Assembly: GCA_963729605.1 (NCBI GenBank)
Contig: CAVSNY010000007.1
Span: 768,001 to 832,000, forward strand
Origin: an uncultured Gammaproteobacteria bacterium
GTDB lineage: Bacteria; Pseudomonadota; Gammaproteobacteria; DRLM01
Reading direction: 5' to 3'
Length of the DNA: 64,000 bases
Shown here piece by piece: positions 32,764-41,872 of this stretch. Position numbers and translations under genes: made by a program. The notes under the pieces were generated by a model. It was not told where the DNA came from, made no database searches, and saw only the letters and a program-made list of their open reading frames with translations. The first letter of the stretch is position 1; each line of letters opens with the position of its first letter.

Positions 32764-32882
32764 TGCCTGGTGGCCATAGCGAGCGGGAACCACCCGATCC
32801 CATTCCGAACTCGGAAGTGAAAACGCTCAGCGCCGATGATAGTGTGGGAGTATCCCATGTGAAAGTAGGACACTGCCAGGCT
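32764..32882 (+). rRNA. rrf: 5S ribosomal RNA
   Basis: TGCCTGG...CCGAACTCGGAAGTGAAA...GCCAGGC. Confidence 0.96.
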
Positions 32883-32890
32883 TCTATTCC

Positions 32891-32926
32891 AAACTCCCGG
32901 TACCTCAGGTGCCGGGAGTTTTTTTT
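32891..32926 (+). terminator. rrn terminator T1
   Basis: AAACTCCCGGTACC-TCA-GGTGCCGGGAGTTT followed by a T run. Confidence 0.88.
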
Positions 32927-33047
32927 CGACGCCGGATTGGTTTTGCAGCAAATCAACCTCATTACATTAAGTGAGCGGCTGGCGGTTTGATCCGCGAGTT
33001 TGCTTGCTGTTGAAGTTCTTCTATACAGGCCTTTCTAAGGCTGGTTT

Positions 33048-33081
33048 CTGTCCGGGCGACTCCGCCCGGACAGTTTTTTTT
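33048..33081 (+). terminator. Second rho-independent terminator (rrn T2 or end of a small RNA)
   Basis: Perfect 11-bp stem CTGTCCGGGCG-ACTC-CGCCCGGACAG followed by T8. Confidence 0.85.
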
Positions 33082-33299
33082 CACTTCGAGCTTTCGTAGC
33101 GTCGTGCATGGGGCTGATCCGTGATCCCGTGCCGCGTACTTATCTCTCCCCGTCGGAATTTGTCTTTTTATCTCACGGCCACCGACCGCTCGAAGGCATG
33201 ACTTGTCGCCGTTCCCCATCCATGCTTCACTGGGCGGGACGGTTTTTCTCCCTAAGCTCCACCGGTCCGGTTTGCCGGCGATGACGAGGAAACGAGATC

Positions 33300-33740
33300 A
33301 TGGACGCCTATCGAGATATTCTAGTTGCCATCGATTTTTCCCCCGCGGCTGACGGTGTGGCGCGGCGGGCGTTTGATATCGCCGCGCCCAATAACGCCCG
33401 GCTGAGTTTCATTCATGTGGTGGAGTACCTGCCTTTTGTCATGGACAATGAATTGATGATGCCGCCCACGCTGGATGTGGAGGCGCAATTGATGAGCAAT
33501 GCCCGCGCGCAACTCGCGAAACTGATGGCGCGGCTGGGCGGCCCCGCCGCAGCGGAGCAGTTGGTGGAACTGGGTTCCACCAAGGTGGAAATCCTGCGCA
33601 TCGCGACCGAGCGGGCCGTTGACCTCATCGTGGTGGGTAGCCACGGTCGTCACGGCTGGGCGCGGATGCTGGGTTCGACGGCCGATGCGGTTTTGCATGG
33701 CGCCGGCTGCGACGTGTTGGCGGTGAGGGTAGAGGAGTGA
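33300..33740 (+). CDS. Universal stress protein (UspA family)
   Basis: YRDILVAIDFS, DLIVVGSHGRHG..LGSTA..VL. Confidence 0.93.
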   Translation: MDAYRDILVAIDFSPAADGVARRAFDIAAPNNARLSFIHVVEYLPFVMDNELMMPPTLDVEAQLMSNARAQLAKLMARLGGPAAAEQLVELGSTKVEILRIATERAVDLIVVGSHGRHGWARMLGSTADAVLHGAGCDVLAVRVEE

Positions 33741-33800
33741 CGACGTTTTGAATATTGGCGCTGCACCGTCAAAAAAATTAACCGGCACGCGATAGGATTC

Positions 33801-34358
33801 ATGGACTACAGCATCGACTCGGGCTGGCTGATCCCGGCCCGCCACACACCCTCACCCAATCACGATGAGCGGCCGGCCGGCTGCGACATCGATCTGCTGG
33901 TGATCCACGGCATCAGCCTGCCGCCCGGCGAATTCGGCGGACCGTGGATCGACGCCTTGTTCTGCAATGCGCTGGACCCCGCCGCTCATCCCTATTTTCG
34001 CGAAGTGGCCGGCTTGCGGGTGTCGGCCCATGTGTTGATCCGCCGCGACGGCGACGTGGTGCAATACGTGCCTTTCGAGCGGCGCGCCTGGCACGCGGGT
34101 CTGTCGTGTTTCGCGGGGCGGGAACGTTGCAATGACTTTTCGATCGGCATCGAATTGGAAGGCTGCGACGATTTGCCTTATCGCGACGTGCAATACACCC
34201 GCCTCGCCGCGGTGACCCGCGCCTTGCTCGCCGCCTATCCCGCGCTCAACGCGGAACGCATCGTCGGCCACAGCGACATCGCGCCCGGCCGCAAGACCGA
34301 TCCCGGCCCCGGTTTCGATTGGCCGCGTTTTCGCGCGTTATTGCATGTCAACACTTGA
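33801..34358 (+). CDS. ampD: 1,6-anhydro-N-acetylmuramyl-L-alanine amidase
   Basis: VIHGISLPPGEF, RAWHAG, GHSDIAPGRKTDPG. Confidence 0.96.
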   Translation: MDYSIDSGWLIPARHTPSPNHDERPAGCDIDLLVIHGISLPPGEFGGPWIDALFCNALDPAAHPYFREVAGLRVSAHVLIRRDGDVVQYVPFERRAWHAGLSCFAGRERCNDFSIGIELEGCDDLPYRDVQYTRLAAVTRALLAAYPALNAERIVGHSDIAPGRKTDPGPGFDWPRFRALLHVNT

Positions 34359-34390
34359 ATGTTGCCGCCGTAGCCTGGACACTTAAGCCC

Positions 34391-35281
34391 ATGGTGTTAT
34401 TTGCGATCCTCTTTTCTTTGCTTATCGAACGCGTCTGGGACACGGTGACGGATCTGCGTTCGCCCGTCTGGTTCGAGCGTTACGCCGATCGTATGCGTCA
34501 CCGCCTGGGTGCGGATCGCCTGTGGGACGGACCGCTCGGCGTCTTCCTGATTTTGCTCTTCCCCTTGCTGGCGGTGGCCTTGGTTCAGCTCGCCCTGGCG
34601 GCGATGCTGGGCCTGCTGGCCTTCGTGTTCGCGGTATTGGTGTTGTTGTTTTCTCTCGGTCCGCGCGATTTGGAAAGCGACGTGCAGCGTTTTCTCGCCG
34701 CTTGGGAACAGGGCGATCAGGCTCAAGCGCGCGCCGCGGCCCGTCATATCACCGGCCTGTCGTTCGAACCCGCCGACCCCGCCGCGTTGGGCAAAGCGGT
34801 GGTGGAAGGCATTTTGGTCGCGGCGCACGAGCGCATCGTCGGTGTGATTTTCTGGTTCGTGGTCCTCGGTCCGGTAGGCGCCTTATTGTTTCGTTTGAGC
34901 TGCGTGTTGAAAGATAAATATCCGTACGCCGGCGAGACCGGCGGTTTCGCGCAGGCGGCGTTGGTCTTGCACGGCGTGCTGAGCTGGCTGCCCTGCCGCC
35001 TCACCGTGTTGGGTTACGCACTCACCGGCAGTTTCGGCGATGCCATGCACCGCTGGCGCGATGAAGCCCCCGGGTGGGCGCGCGACTGGCTGGCCGGCAA
35101 CCGCCAAGTGCTGGTGGCCGGCGGTTTGGGTGCCTTGCAGGTCGAGCAGGAATTATCGGAAGAGGAAACCGGCGGCGTGTCCACCCAGTTGGTGCGCGCC
35201 GCGCTGGCCTTGGTATGGCGCACGGTGTTGTTGCTGGTGGTGGTGATCGCGGTGATCACCCTCGCCAGTTGGGTCTCGTGA
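34391..35281 (+). CDS. ampE: AmpE-like inner membrane protein (CobD/CbiB-related family)
   Basis: Polytopic; LLFSLGPRDL, VIFWFVVLGP, WLPCRL...ALTGSF; directly after ampD. Confidence 0.72.
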   Translation: MVLFAILFSLLIERVWDTVTDLRSPVWFERYADRMRHRLGADRLWDGPLGVFLILLFPLLAVALVQLALAAMLGLLAFVFAVLVLLFSLGPRDLESDVQRFLAAWEQGDQAQARAAARHITGLSFEPADPAALGKAVVEGILVAAHERIVGVIFWFVVLGPVGALLFRLSCVLKDKYPYAGETGGFAQAALVLHGVLSWLPCRLTVLGYALTGSFGDAMHRWRDEAPGWARDWLAGNRQVLVAGGLGALQVEQELSEEETGGVSTQLVRAALALVWRTVLLLVVVIAVITLASWVS

Positions 35282-35315
35282 GTCAACCGCTACACGCGCA
35301 TTTCCCGGAGAGAGT

Positions 35316-35915
35316 GTGGAACACACCACTTGGGTGGATTTAATCCGCCACGGCGAACCGGTGGGCGGTCCGCGCATCCGCGGCCAGTCCGACGATCCGT
35401 TGACCGAACTCGGCTGGCAACAAATGTGGCAGGCGGTGGGCGAGGACGCGGCGTGGCAAGTCATCGTCAGCTCGCCGCTCACGCGCTGCGCGGCCTTCGC
35501 CCGCGCCTTGGCGGATAAACACGGTTTGCCGCTGCACGTCGAGCCGCGTTTCAAAGAGATCGGCTTCGGCAGTTGGGAAGGCCGCGGCCACGACGACTTG
35601 GCGCGCCGCGAGCCCGAGCGTTATCCGCGCTTTCGCGACGACCCTTTGCGCTACATGCCGCCGGACGCCGAGCCCGTGCCGGCCTTCATGGCGCGGGTGG
35701 CGGAGGCCTGGGGCGAACTGCTCGCCGCGCACGCCGGCCGCCGGGTCTTGGTGGTCTGTCACGCCGGGGTGATTCGCGCCGTACTCGCCGCGGTGTTGGG
35801 CGCCGGGCCGGAGCATCTCTTTCGCGCGCAAGTGGACTACGCCAGCCTGACCCGCTTCGCGGCGCCGCCGCACCGTCCGCCCAGCCTGATTTCACACGCC
35901 GCGCCGCTGACATGA
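35316..35915 (+). CDS. Histidine phosphatase (CobC/alpha-ribazole phosphatase-like)
   Basis: LIRHGE, SSPLTRC, EIGFGSWEG, VCHAGVIR; coupled to btuF. Confidence 0.85.
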   Translation: MEHTTWVDLIRHGEPVGGPRIRGQSDDPLTELGWQQMWQAVGEDAAWQVIVSSPLTRCAAFARALADKHGLPLHVEPRFKEIGFGSWEGRGHDDLARREPERYPRFRDDPLRYMPPDAEPVPAFMARVAEAWGELLAAHAGRRVLVVCHAGVIRAVLAAVLGAGPEHLFRAQVDYASLTRFAAPPHRPPSLISHAAPLT

Positions 35916-36799
35916 AAACCTTGATCGCGCTGTGCGCCTTGCTGAGTTACGCGCTGACGGCGCAGGCCCGGCTGGTTCTCAACGATGACGAAGGCCGTCA
36001 ACTCAATTTAAACGCGCCCGCCGCGCGCATCGTTTCGCTGGCGCCGCACGTGACGGAATTGCTGTTCGACGCCGGCGCCGGCGACAAACTGGTTGGCACG
36101 GTGGAATACAGTGATTATCCGCCCGCCGCGCGCGCCGTGGCGGTGGTGGGTGACCATGCGCGTCTCGATGTGGAACGCATCGTCGCCTTGCGGCCGGACC
36201 TGGTGGTGGCCTGGGGCGGCGGCAATTCCCCGGCCGACATCGCGCGCTTGCGGCGGCTGGGTGTGCCGGTCTTCGTCATCGTGCCGCATCATTTGGACGA
36301 CGTGGCGCGCCATCTCGAACTACTGGGACAACTCGCGGGCAGCGCGGCGGCCGCGCGGCCGGTGGCGGCGGCGTATCGCCGCGAGTTGGCGGCGCTGCGC
36401 AAACGCTACGCCGACCGGTCGCCGGTGACGGTGTTCTTCCAGGTGTGGCATACGCCCTTGATGACGGTGGGCGGCGATCAACTCATCAGTGAAGTGATCG
36501 CGTCGTGCGGCGGGCGCAACATCTTCGCCGGCCTGCGCAACCTGGCGCCGACGGTGTCGGTGGAGGCGGTGCTGGCGGCGGACCCCGAGTTGATCGTGAC
36601 CGGTTCGGAGCAACCCGCCGCCGAAGTCCTCGCCCACTGGCGGGCCTGGCCGCAACTGCGCGCGGTGCGCACCGGACAACTCGCCGCCATCGCCCCCGAC
36701 GATCTCCATCGCGCCACGCCGCGGGTGCTGCGCGGCGCGCGCGCGTTGTGCGAGACCTTGGAAGGCGCGCGCGCTGTGCGCGGAAAGAAAGGGCCGTAG
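35912..36799 (+). CDS. btuF: Periplasmic cobalamin-binding protein
   Basis: RIVSLAPHVTELLF, YSDYPPAA, CGGRNIF...VSVEAVL, RATPR....LC; ATG overlaps the upstream stop codon. Confidence 0.85.
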   Translation: MKTLIALCALLSYALTAQARLVLNDDEGRQLNLNAPAARIVSLAPHVTELLFDAGAGDKLVGTVEYSDYPPAARAVAVVGDHARLDVERIVALRPDLVVAWGGGNSPADIARLRRLGVPVFVIVPHHLDDVARHLELLGQLAGSAAAARPVAAAYRRELAALRKRYADRSPVTVFFQVWHTPLMTVGGDQLISEVIASCGGRNIFAGLRNLAPTVSVEAVLAADPELIVTGSEQPAAEVLAHWRAWPQLRAVRTGQLAAIAPDDLHRATPRVLRGARALCETLEGARAVRGKKGP

Positions 36800-36912
36800 C
36801 GGCTGTATCCGTTAGACTCGTCCACGCCCACATGAAAAAATTTACATCCGGTCTGGGTCAATTTAACGTGCATTTCTAGCCGATACTCAAACTGGCATGG
36901 CCCGGGGGGCGA

Positions 36913-37006
36913 TTGATCAAACTACTACACGCCGCTGATTGGCAAATCGGCACACTCTTCGGGCAGTTCGAGCCCGACGAAGCGGCGCTACTCGCGGAGG
37001 CGCGGC
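36913..37006 (+). pseudogene. 5' remnant of an SbcD/Mre11-like DNA repair nuclease
   Basis: MIKLLHAADWQIGTLFGQFEPDEAALLAEARL resembles metallophosphoesterase motif I of SbcD-like proteins; similarity ends where the convergent porin gene ends. Confidence 0.65.
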
Positions 37007-38524
37007 TCAGAAGCGATAAGAAATTTCCAGACCAAGTTTTTCCGCGGTCTCGCCGCGGCGTTCGCCGAAGGCCGCGCCGGCGCGGAAACGCGAAGCCACG
37101 AGTTCGAGCTGCCAATTGGTGAGTTCTTCGATACCGAGCACGAGGTTGATCTCGCTGCCGATGTCGGTGTCGATGCCGTCCGGGTCGTAGTCGAGGCGGG
37201 CGTTGCGGATCTCGTCCATGGGCTGGAGCTGGCGGTAAGTATGAAACACCAGGTCGAGTGAGTTTTTGCCGAGAAAGCGGAAACCGGCGGCCAGTGTGCT
37301 GATCGCGATGTTAGACAACTCCGGCCGCAGCAAATCGCCGTAATAGCGAAAGCCGGTCACGCCGCGGAATTTGTCGTCGTTGTCCTGCAGGCCTGACTGG
37401 CGGTAATTGCCATCAACGCCGTCGTCGGGATCATCGTCACCGCTGCCGATCGCATAACCCGCGGTGAACGTCAGCCGCCCGGGAAGCTCGGTCTGCCAGT
37501 TGACGCCGAGGTCGATGGCCGCGCCGCGCACGCGCCGGCGCTCCACGCCATCGACGATACGGTGATCGGCGTCGACGGCGGGGTCGTAATCGATGACGCG
37601 TTCTTCGCCCCATACCACACCGCTGTCGAGCCAATAATAGAGACGGTCATCGTTCGGAAGTTTCCAGCGCCCCTGCGCGCGCCAGCCCAGCCAGAATGCG
37701 TCGAGATCGCTTTCATCGCGGAACTCGCTGCGCACCAGCGTGCCGGCGCGTTCGGTGTCGGAGTGGTCGTATTGCGCGAGCAGAAATAAACTGCGTTCGT
37801 TGCGGCTGTCGATTTTACGCGTGGCGCTCGCGAGCAGCCGCAGCAGTTCATCCTCCTCGGGAGCGAGACGAGTTTCCCCGGTACCGGTGCGCGCGAGTTC
37901 CTGAGCCAAGGCGACCTCAATGCTCAGGTCGTTGCTGTTGTAGTGCACGCGTACCGCATCGAGATCGTCGGCCCACCACCATTCGCGGTCGTCATTGAAA
38001 TTCTGACGGCCGATCTGGTAACTCACACTATTGTTTAACCAGCCGCCGCTGTAAAACCACATCTCACCGCGCCGCCACTGCGCATCGCCGTCGCGATCAC
38101 CGCTCTCGGGTTCGTAGTCGCGCCGGCCGGTAGTCTTTGCTTCGATGAAGACTGCGCGCTGCTCGGCGTATTCGTAGAGCAATTCCAGATCCAGCACGCC
38201 GTCAATGCGGTCGAGACTGTCAGGCTCAACGTCGAATTCGAAATCGCGCCGCCGTTCGAAACTGGCCTCCAAGCCGCCGCCCACGGTGAGGGGCCGGCCG
38301 AATATGTCGACGATGATTTTTTTATCCGGCTGTTTTTCGTCCGGGCGTTGCGTGAGCAGTTGGGCGCGTTCAGTCGGCGCGACTTCGCTAAGGCGTTGGT
38401 CATTACTGGCGTTCGCGGTGCCGTTGTCAGACGGGGCTGAGAACGCCGCGAAGACCGGCAGGAATAACAGGCACAAGGCCTCGCTTACCCGATGCCGCGC
38501 GAATCGTAAATAGCGTGACTTCAT
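37007..38524 (-). CDS. Alginate-export (AlgE-like) outer-membrane beta-barrel
   Basis: Signal peptide; GRQ...REWWW.DDLD, YAIGSGD, RQSGLQ.N, ELSN motifs; C-terminal YRF barrel signature. Confidence 0.78.
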   Translation of the reverse strand: MKSRYLRFARHRVSEALCLLFLPVFAAFSAPSDNGTANASNDQRLSEVAPTERAQLLTQRPDEKQPDKKIIVDIFGRPLTVGGGLEASFERRRDFEFDVEPDSLDRIDGVLDLELLYEYAEQRAVFIEAKTTGRRDYEPESGDRDGDAQWRRGEMWFYSGGWLNNSVSYQIGRQNFNDDREWWWADDLDAVRVHYNSNDLSIEVALAQELARTGTGETRLAPEEDELLRLLASATRKIDSRNERSLFLLAQYDHSDTERAGTLVRSEFRDESDLDAFWLGWRAQGRWKLPNDDRLYYWLDSGVVWGEERVIDYDPAVDADHRIVDGVERRRVRGAAIDLGVNWQTELPGRLTFTAGYAIGSGDDDPDDGVDGNYRQSGLQDNDDKFRGVTGFRYYGDLLRPELSNIAISTLAAGFRFLGKNSLDLVFHTYRQLQPMDEIRNARLDYDPDGIDTDIGSEINLVLGIEELTNWQLELVASRFRAGAAFGERRGETAEKLGLEISYRF

Positions 38525-39567
38525 GTCAACACCGGCAATGGTTTTACATTCGCCAGAGGATCTTTCAATTCGGCCGCGGCGCGCTGTTCGCACAGCGCCA
38601 GCAAGGCCTCACTATATTGTTGGCGTTCTGCATGTAGGGTGCTGAGATAGATGTGACGCATGAGAGTAAGCAAAGTATAAACACGGATGGCGGTCCGCGT
38701 CTCATCGCCGGCGAGCGCGGCGTAATGTTCGACCAGCGTATTCTCAACCTCCAGCAGCGCCGCGGGATCGCCGGATGCACGCAGGCTTTGTTCGGTGATA
38801 TGGCCGACGAAGTTACCGATATCGAGTCCAGGGTCTCCCGCGCAATAGAGATCGAAATCCAGCAGCCACAGCCGTTCACCGTCGATGATGATTTGATCGG
38901 CATAGAAGTCGCGGTGGATACCGCAGGTGCGTGACGGCGTGAGCGCCATGCCGATACGGGTGGCGGCGTGTTTCAGCCGCTCGAGACGTAAACACCACGC
39001 CGGCCGCTGCCGGGCCACGTCGTCGAGCCGCGCGCGCAGGATGCGCAGTTCGTCGATCATGCCGTGGCGGCGCCGGGGCGCGATGTCCGCGCGGTGGATC
39101 TTGTAAGCCGCCTCGGCGATACGCCGCGCCAATTCCACGCCGCGTTTCCCCGCGAGCAATTGCGTGGCCTCCATGCCCGTCACTTTGCATTGCAGATTCA
39201 GGCGCAGCGGTTTGATATGAGCAATAGGCGCGGGTACCAAGATATGATCCAGGCTGTCTTCATCGAAGCCGTGCCGCTGAAAATTTTTCAGCAGTTCAAA
39301 GGCGCTGCGGCCCGAGCGCTGTCGGCGGATCTTGCCGATCAGCAGACATATCTCGTTACACGCGTGATTTTCGAACGCGTATTCGATGACGGCGCGGCGG
39401 CCAACTTTGTGGCGTACCAGCGTAACCTCCACGAGTGGCAAACGCAGCACGGGATGGAGTTCGCCATGCTCCTGAAAAATCTCGGCGGCCACGGCCGGAT
39501 TTAATGCGCAGCCTAAAGTGGGCAGCGCCGGGTCATCGGGGAGCGCCGCGCTCAAGCGGGCTGGCAT
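38521..39567 (-). CDS. Aminoglycoside phosphotransferase-like kinase
   Basis: HRDFYADQ catalytic loop, LLDFD, GDPGLDIGNF. Confidence 0.8.
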   Translation of the reverse strand: MPARLSAALPDDPALPTLGCALNPAVAAEIFQEHGELHPVLRLPLVEVTLVRHKVGRRAVIEYAFENHACNEICLLIGKIRRQRSGRSAFELLKNFQRHGFDEDSLDHILVPAPIAHIKPLRLNLQCKVTGMEATQLLAGKRGVELARRIAEAAYKIHRADIAPRRRHGMIDELRILRARLDDVARQRPAWCLRLERLKHAATRIGMALTPSRTCGIHRDFYADQIIIDGERLWLLDFDLYCAGDPGLDIGNFVGHITEQSLRASGDPAALLEVENTLVEHYAALAGDETRTAIRVYTLLTLMRHIYLSTLHAERQQYSEALLALCEQRAAAELKDPLANVKPLPVLT

Positions 39568-40637
39568 TGCCGCACGACCTCCTGCCACACCGCCATTAGC
39601 GCATCGACTTGCGCCTGCACCGAAAAACGCCGCAGCGCCGTCATGCGGGCGGCCGTACCCATCTGCCGCGCGCGTTCTGGATCGGCAAGTAACCGCGCGA
39701 GGACTTCGGCGACGCGTGCCGGCGCGTCGGCGGGGACTACATAACCGTCATGTCCATCGTTGATCATCTCGGGAATGCCGCCGACCGCCGTGCCCACTAC
39801 CGGCACGCCGCAGGCCATGGCCTCCATCAGGCTCACCGGCATGCCTTCGGAACGGCTGGTGAGTACGCCGACCGCCGCGCGCTGCCACCACTCGCATACT
39901 TGGCTTTGATCGGCGGCGCCGGCCAAGAAGACCGACTCGTCGAGACCGAGCCTGCGCCGCTCGATTTCAATCAACGGTCGCGCATCGCCTTCGCCGATGA
40001 TGGCGCAGCGAAACGCCAAGCCGCTATTACGCAGCAAGGCGCAGGCTTGTAATAGCATGGGCAGATTCTTCACGGGGTGGAGGCGGGCGACGCATATGAT
40101 CCAAGGCGGTGTCTCAGTGGTGCGCGGCCCGGGCGCGAACTGGCGGGTATCGATTCCACAGGGAATCACGTGGAGTTTTGCGCGCGGCGCGCCGAGTGAG
40201 CTAGTCATGTAACGGGCATTGGCTTCGGCGACGGTGATCACCGCCGCGGCGGCGTGGCAGCGCGTAGCAAAGTCCGCGGGCGGGCGGTCGTAAATATCGT
40301 AGCGATGTGCTGTAAAAGTGTAGGGCAGCCCTGTGGCGGCAGCGAGTGTTCGCGCGGTTTCGGTGGCGCGTGTCGCGAAATGCGCGTGTATGAGCTGAGG
40401 GCGGAATTGCCGCAGTGCGGCTTCAAACTCCGCGGGATCATAACAGGCTATGTTTTCAAGGCCGTTCTCTACCACCACGGCATGGCGCAAGGTCTCGGCG
40501 GGACGACGGCGCGATAATATCTGCACCTCCACGCCACGGCGGCGCAGCTCGGCGATCTCGTTGGCAATGAAGGTCTCGGAAAATTTCGGGAAGACGTTCA
40601 CCACGTAAGTGATGCGTCGTAGACTGGAACCGTTCAT
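39552..40637 (-). CDS. Glycosyltransferase family 4
   Basis: FPKFSETFI, HAHFA, EGMPVSLMEAMA. Confidence 0.9.
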   Translation of the reverse strand: MNGSSLRRITYVVNVFPKFSETFIANEIAELRRRGVEVQILSRRRPAETLRHAVVVENGLENIACYDPAEFEAALRQFRPQLIHAHFATRATETARTLAAATGLPYTFTAHRYDIYDRPPADFATRCHAAAAVITVAEANARYMTSSLGAPRAKLHVIPCGIDTRQFAPGPRTTETPPWIICVARLHPVKNLPMLLQACALLRNSGLAFRCAIIGEGDARPLIEIERRRLGLDESVFLAGAADQSQVCEWWQRAAVGVLTSRSEGMPVSLMEAMACGVPVVGTAVGGIPEMINDGHDGYVVPADAPARVAEVLARLLADPERARQMGTAARMTALRRFSVQAQVDALMAVWQEVVRQCQPA

Positions 40638-41872
40638 CGCAAACCCTCGATGATCTCGGTCACGCGTCTGGCATTACCGTCCCAGGTGTACTGCGCCAAA
40701 ATCGTGTGAGCGGCCGCCATGCCGAGGCGATCCTGAAAAGTGGGGTCGAACAGCAGCCGCTGGCAACAATCGACGAGACCGTCGAGATCGCCTGCGCGGT
40801 AAAGCAAACCGTTTTTGCCGTGTTGCACGAGCTCGCCGATTTGGCCGACGTCGGAGGCCACCACGGCGGCGCCGCAGGCCATGTATTCGAACAGCTTGAG
40901 CGGCGAGAAATAGAAATCGTGCTTGAGTTGCGGATAAGGCGCCAGCGCTACATCGAATTCCCGGATCACGGCGGCGATGTCGCGATGTCCCAGTGCACCC
41001 GTGAACACCACCCGTTCCGCCAAGTCGAGCTCGGCGAAACGCAATTGCAGCGGCGCGCGCAGCGGGCCTTCGCCCACTACTATTAGTTGCACGCCCGGAA
41101 AATCACCGACCACGCGCTGTAGTAATTCGGGCAGGCATTCGACGCCATGCCATTGCCGCAGACCGCCAACGAAACCCAGTACGGGCCCGTCGCCCACGCC
41201 TAGCCTGGCGCGCAGTTGCGGCGAGCGCGGCCCAGGCTGGAACAGCTCAGGATCGACGGCATTGGGCACGACGTGCACGCGCTCTTCGGCGACGCCGCAA
41301 CGGTAGGCATGTTCTGCCAATGGTCGCGATACCACCAGCACCGCGTCGGCTTCGCGCAATAAACATTGTTCCGCGCGTGCCGCGAGGTCATCGGCGGCGC
41401 CGGCGCGATAGGTGGCGTGTTCTTCGGCAAGCGGCGCATTGAGTTCGACCACCAGCGGCCGGCCGGTGGCTTTGCTTAAGGCCACCGGCGCGAGCGAATG
41501 CAGCGCGGCGCGCGCGTAGATGCAGTCGGGCGGCACCCGCGTGTAGCGCCGCAGCAGATGAGTCGCGAGGTGGCGGTCGTAGATAATGCGGCGCAGGTCT
41601 TTTGCGAGCGAGCTCTGGCTCTCGAGCAATTCACCGTACGCCTCGACGGTGTCAACGCAAGCAAGCAGTTCGTCGCTGGCCGGAAAATGCACGAACTTGG
41701 CGGCGAGCGGCTCGGGGGTATCCCAGCCGCTCGCCGTGGCCATCGGCGAAATCAGTACGACCTGGTGCCCCGCGCGGCCGAGCGCCGCGACCATGCTGCG
41801 CACATGCACCGCCGCGCCTTTATGGCCCAGTACCGGGATGCCGTAGTCGGGCGAGAGATAGAGTATTTTCAT
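40634..41872 (-). CDS. Glycosyltransferase family 4
   Basis: KGAAVHV, ELNAPL, YFSPLKLFEYMA. Confidence 0.9.
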   Translation of the reverse strand: MKILYLSPDYGIPVLGHKGAAVHVRSMVAALGRAGHQVVLISPMATASGWDTPEPLAAKFVHFPASDELLACVDTVEAYGELLESQSSLAKDLRRIIYDRHLATHLLRRYTRVPPDCIYARAALHSLAPVALSKATGRPLVVELNAPLAEEHATYRAGAADDLAARAEQCLLREADAVLVVSRPLAEHAYRCGVAEERVHVVPNAVDPELFQPGPRSPQLRARLGVGDGPVLGFVGGLRQWHGVECLPELLQRVVGDFPGVQLIVVGEGPLRAPLQLRFAELDLAERVVFTGALGHRDIAAVIREFDVALAPYPQLKHDFYFSPLKLFEYMACGAAVVASDVGQIGELVQHGKNGLLYRAGDLDGLVDCCQRLLFDPTFQDRLGMAAAHTILAQYTWDGNARRVTEIIEGLR

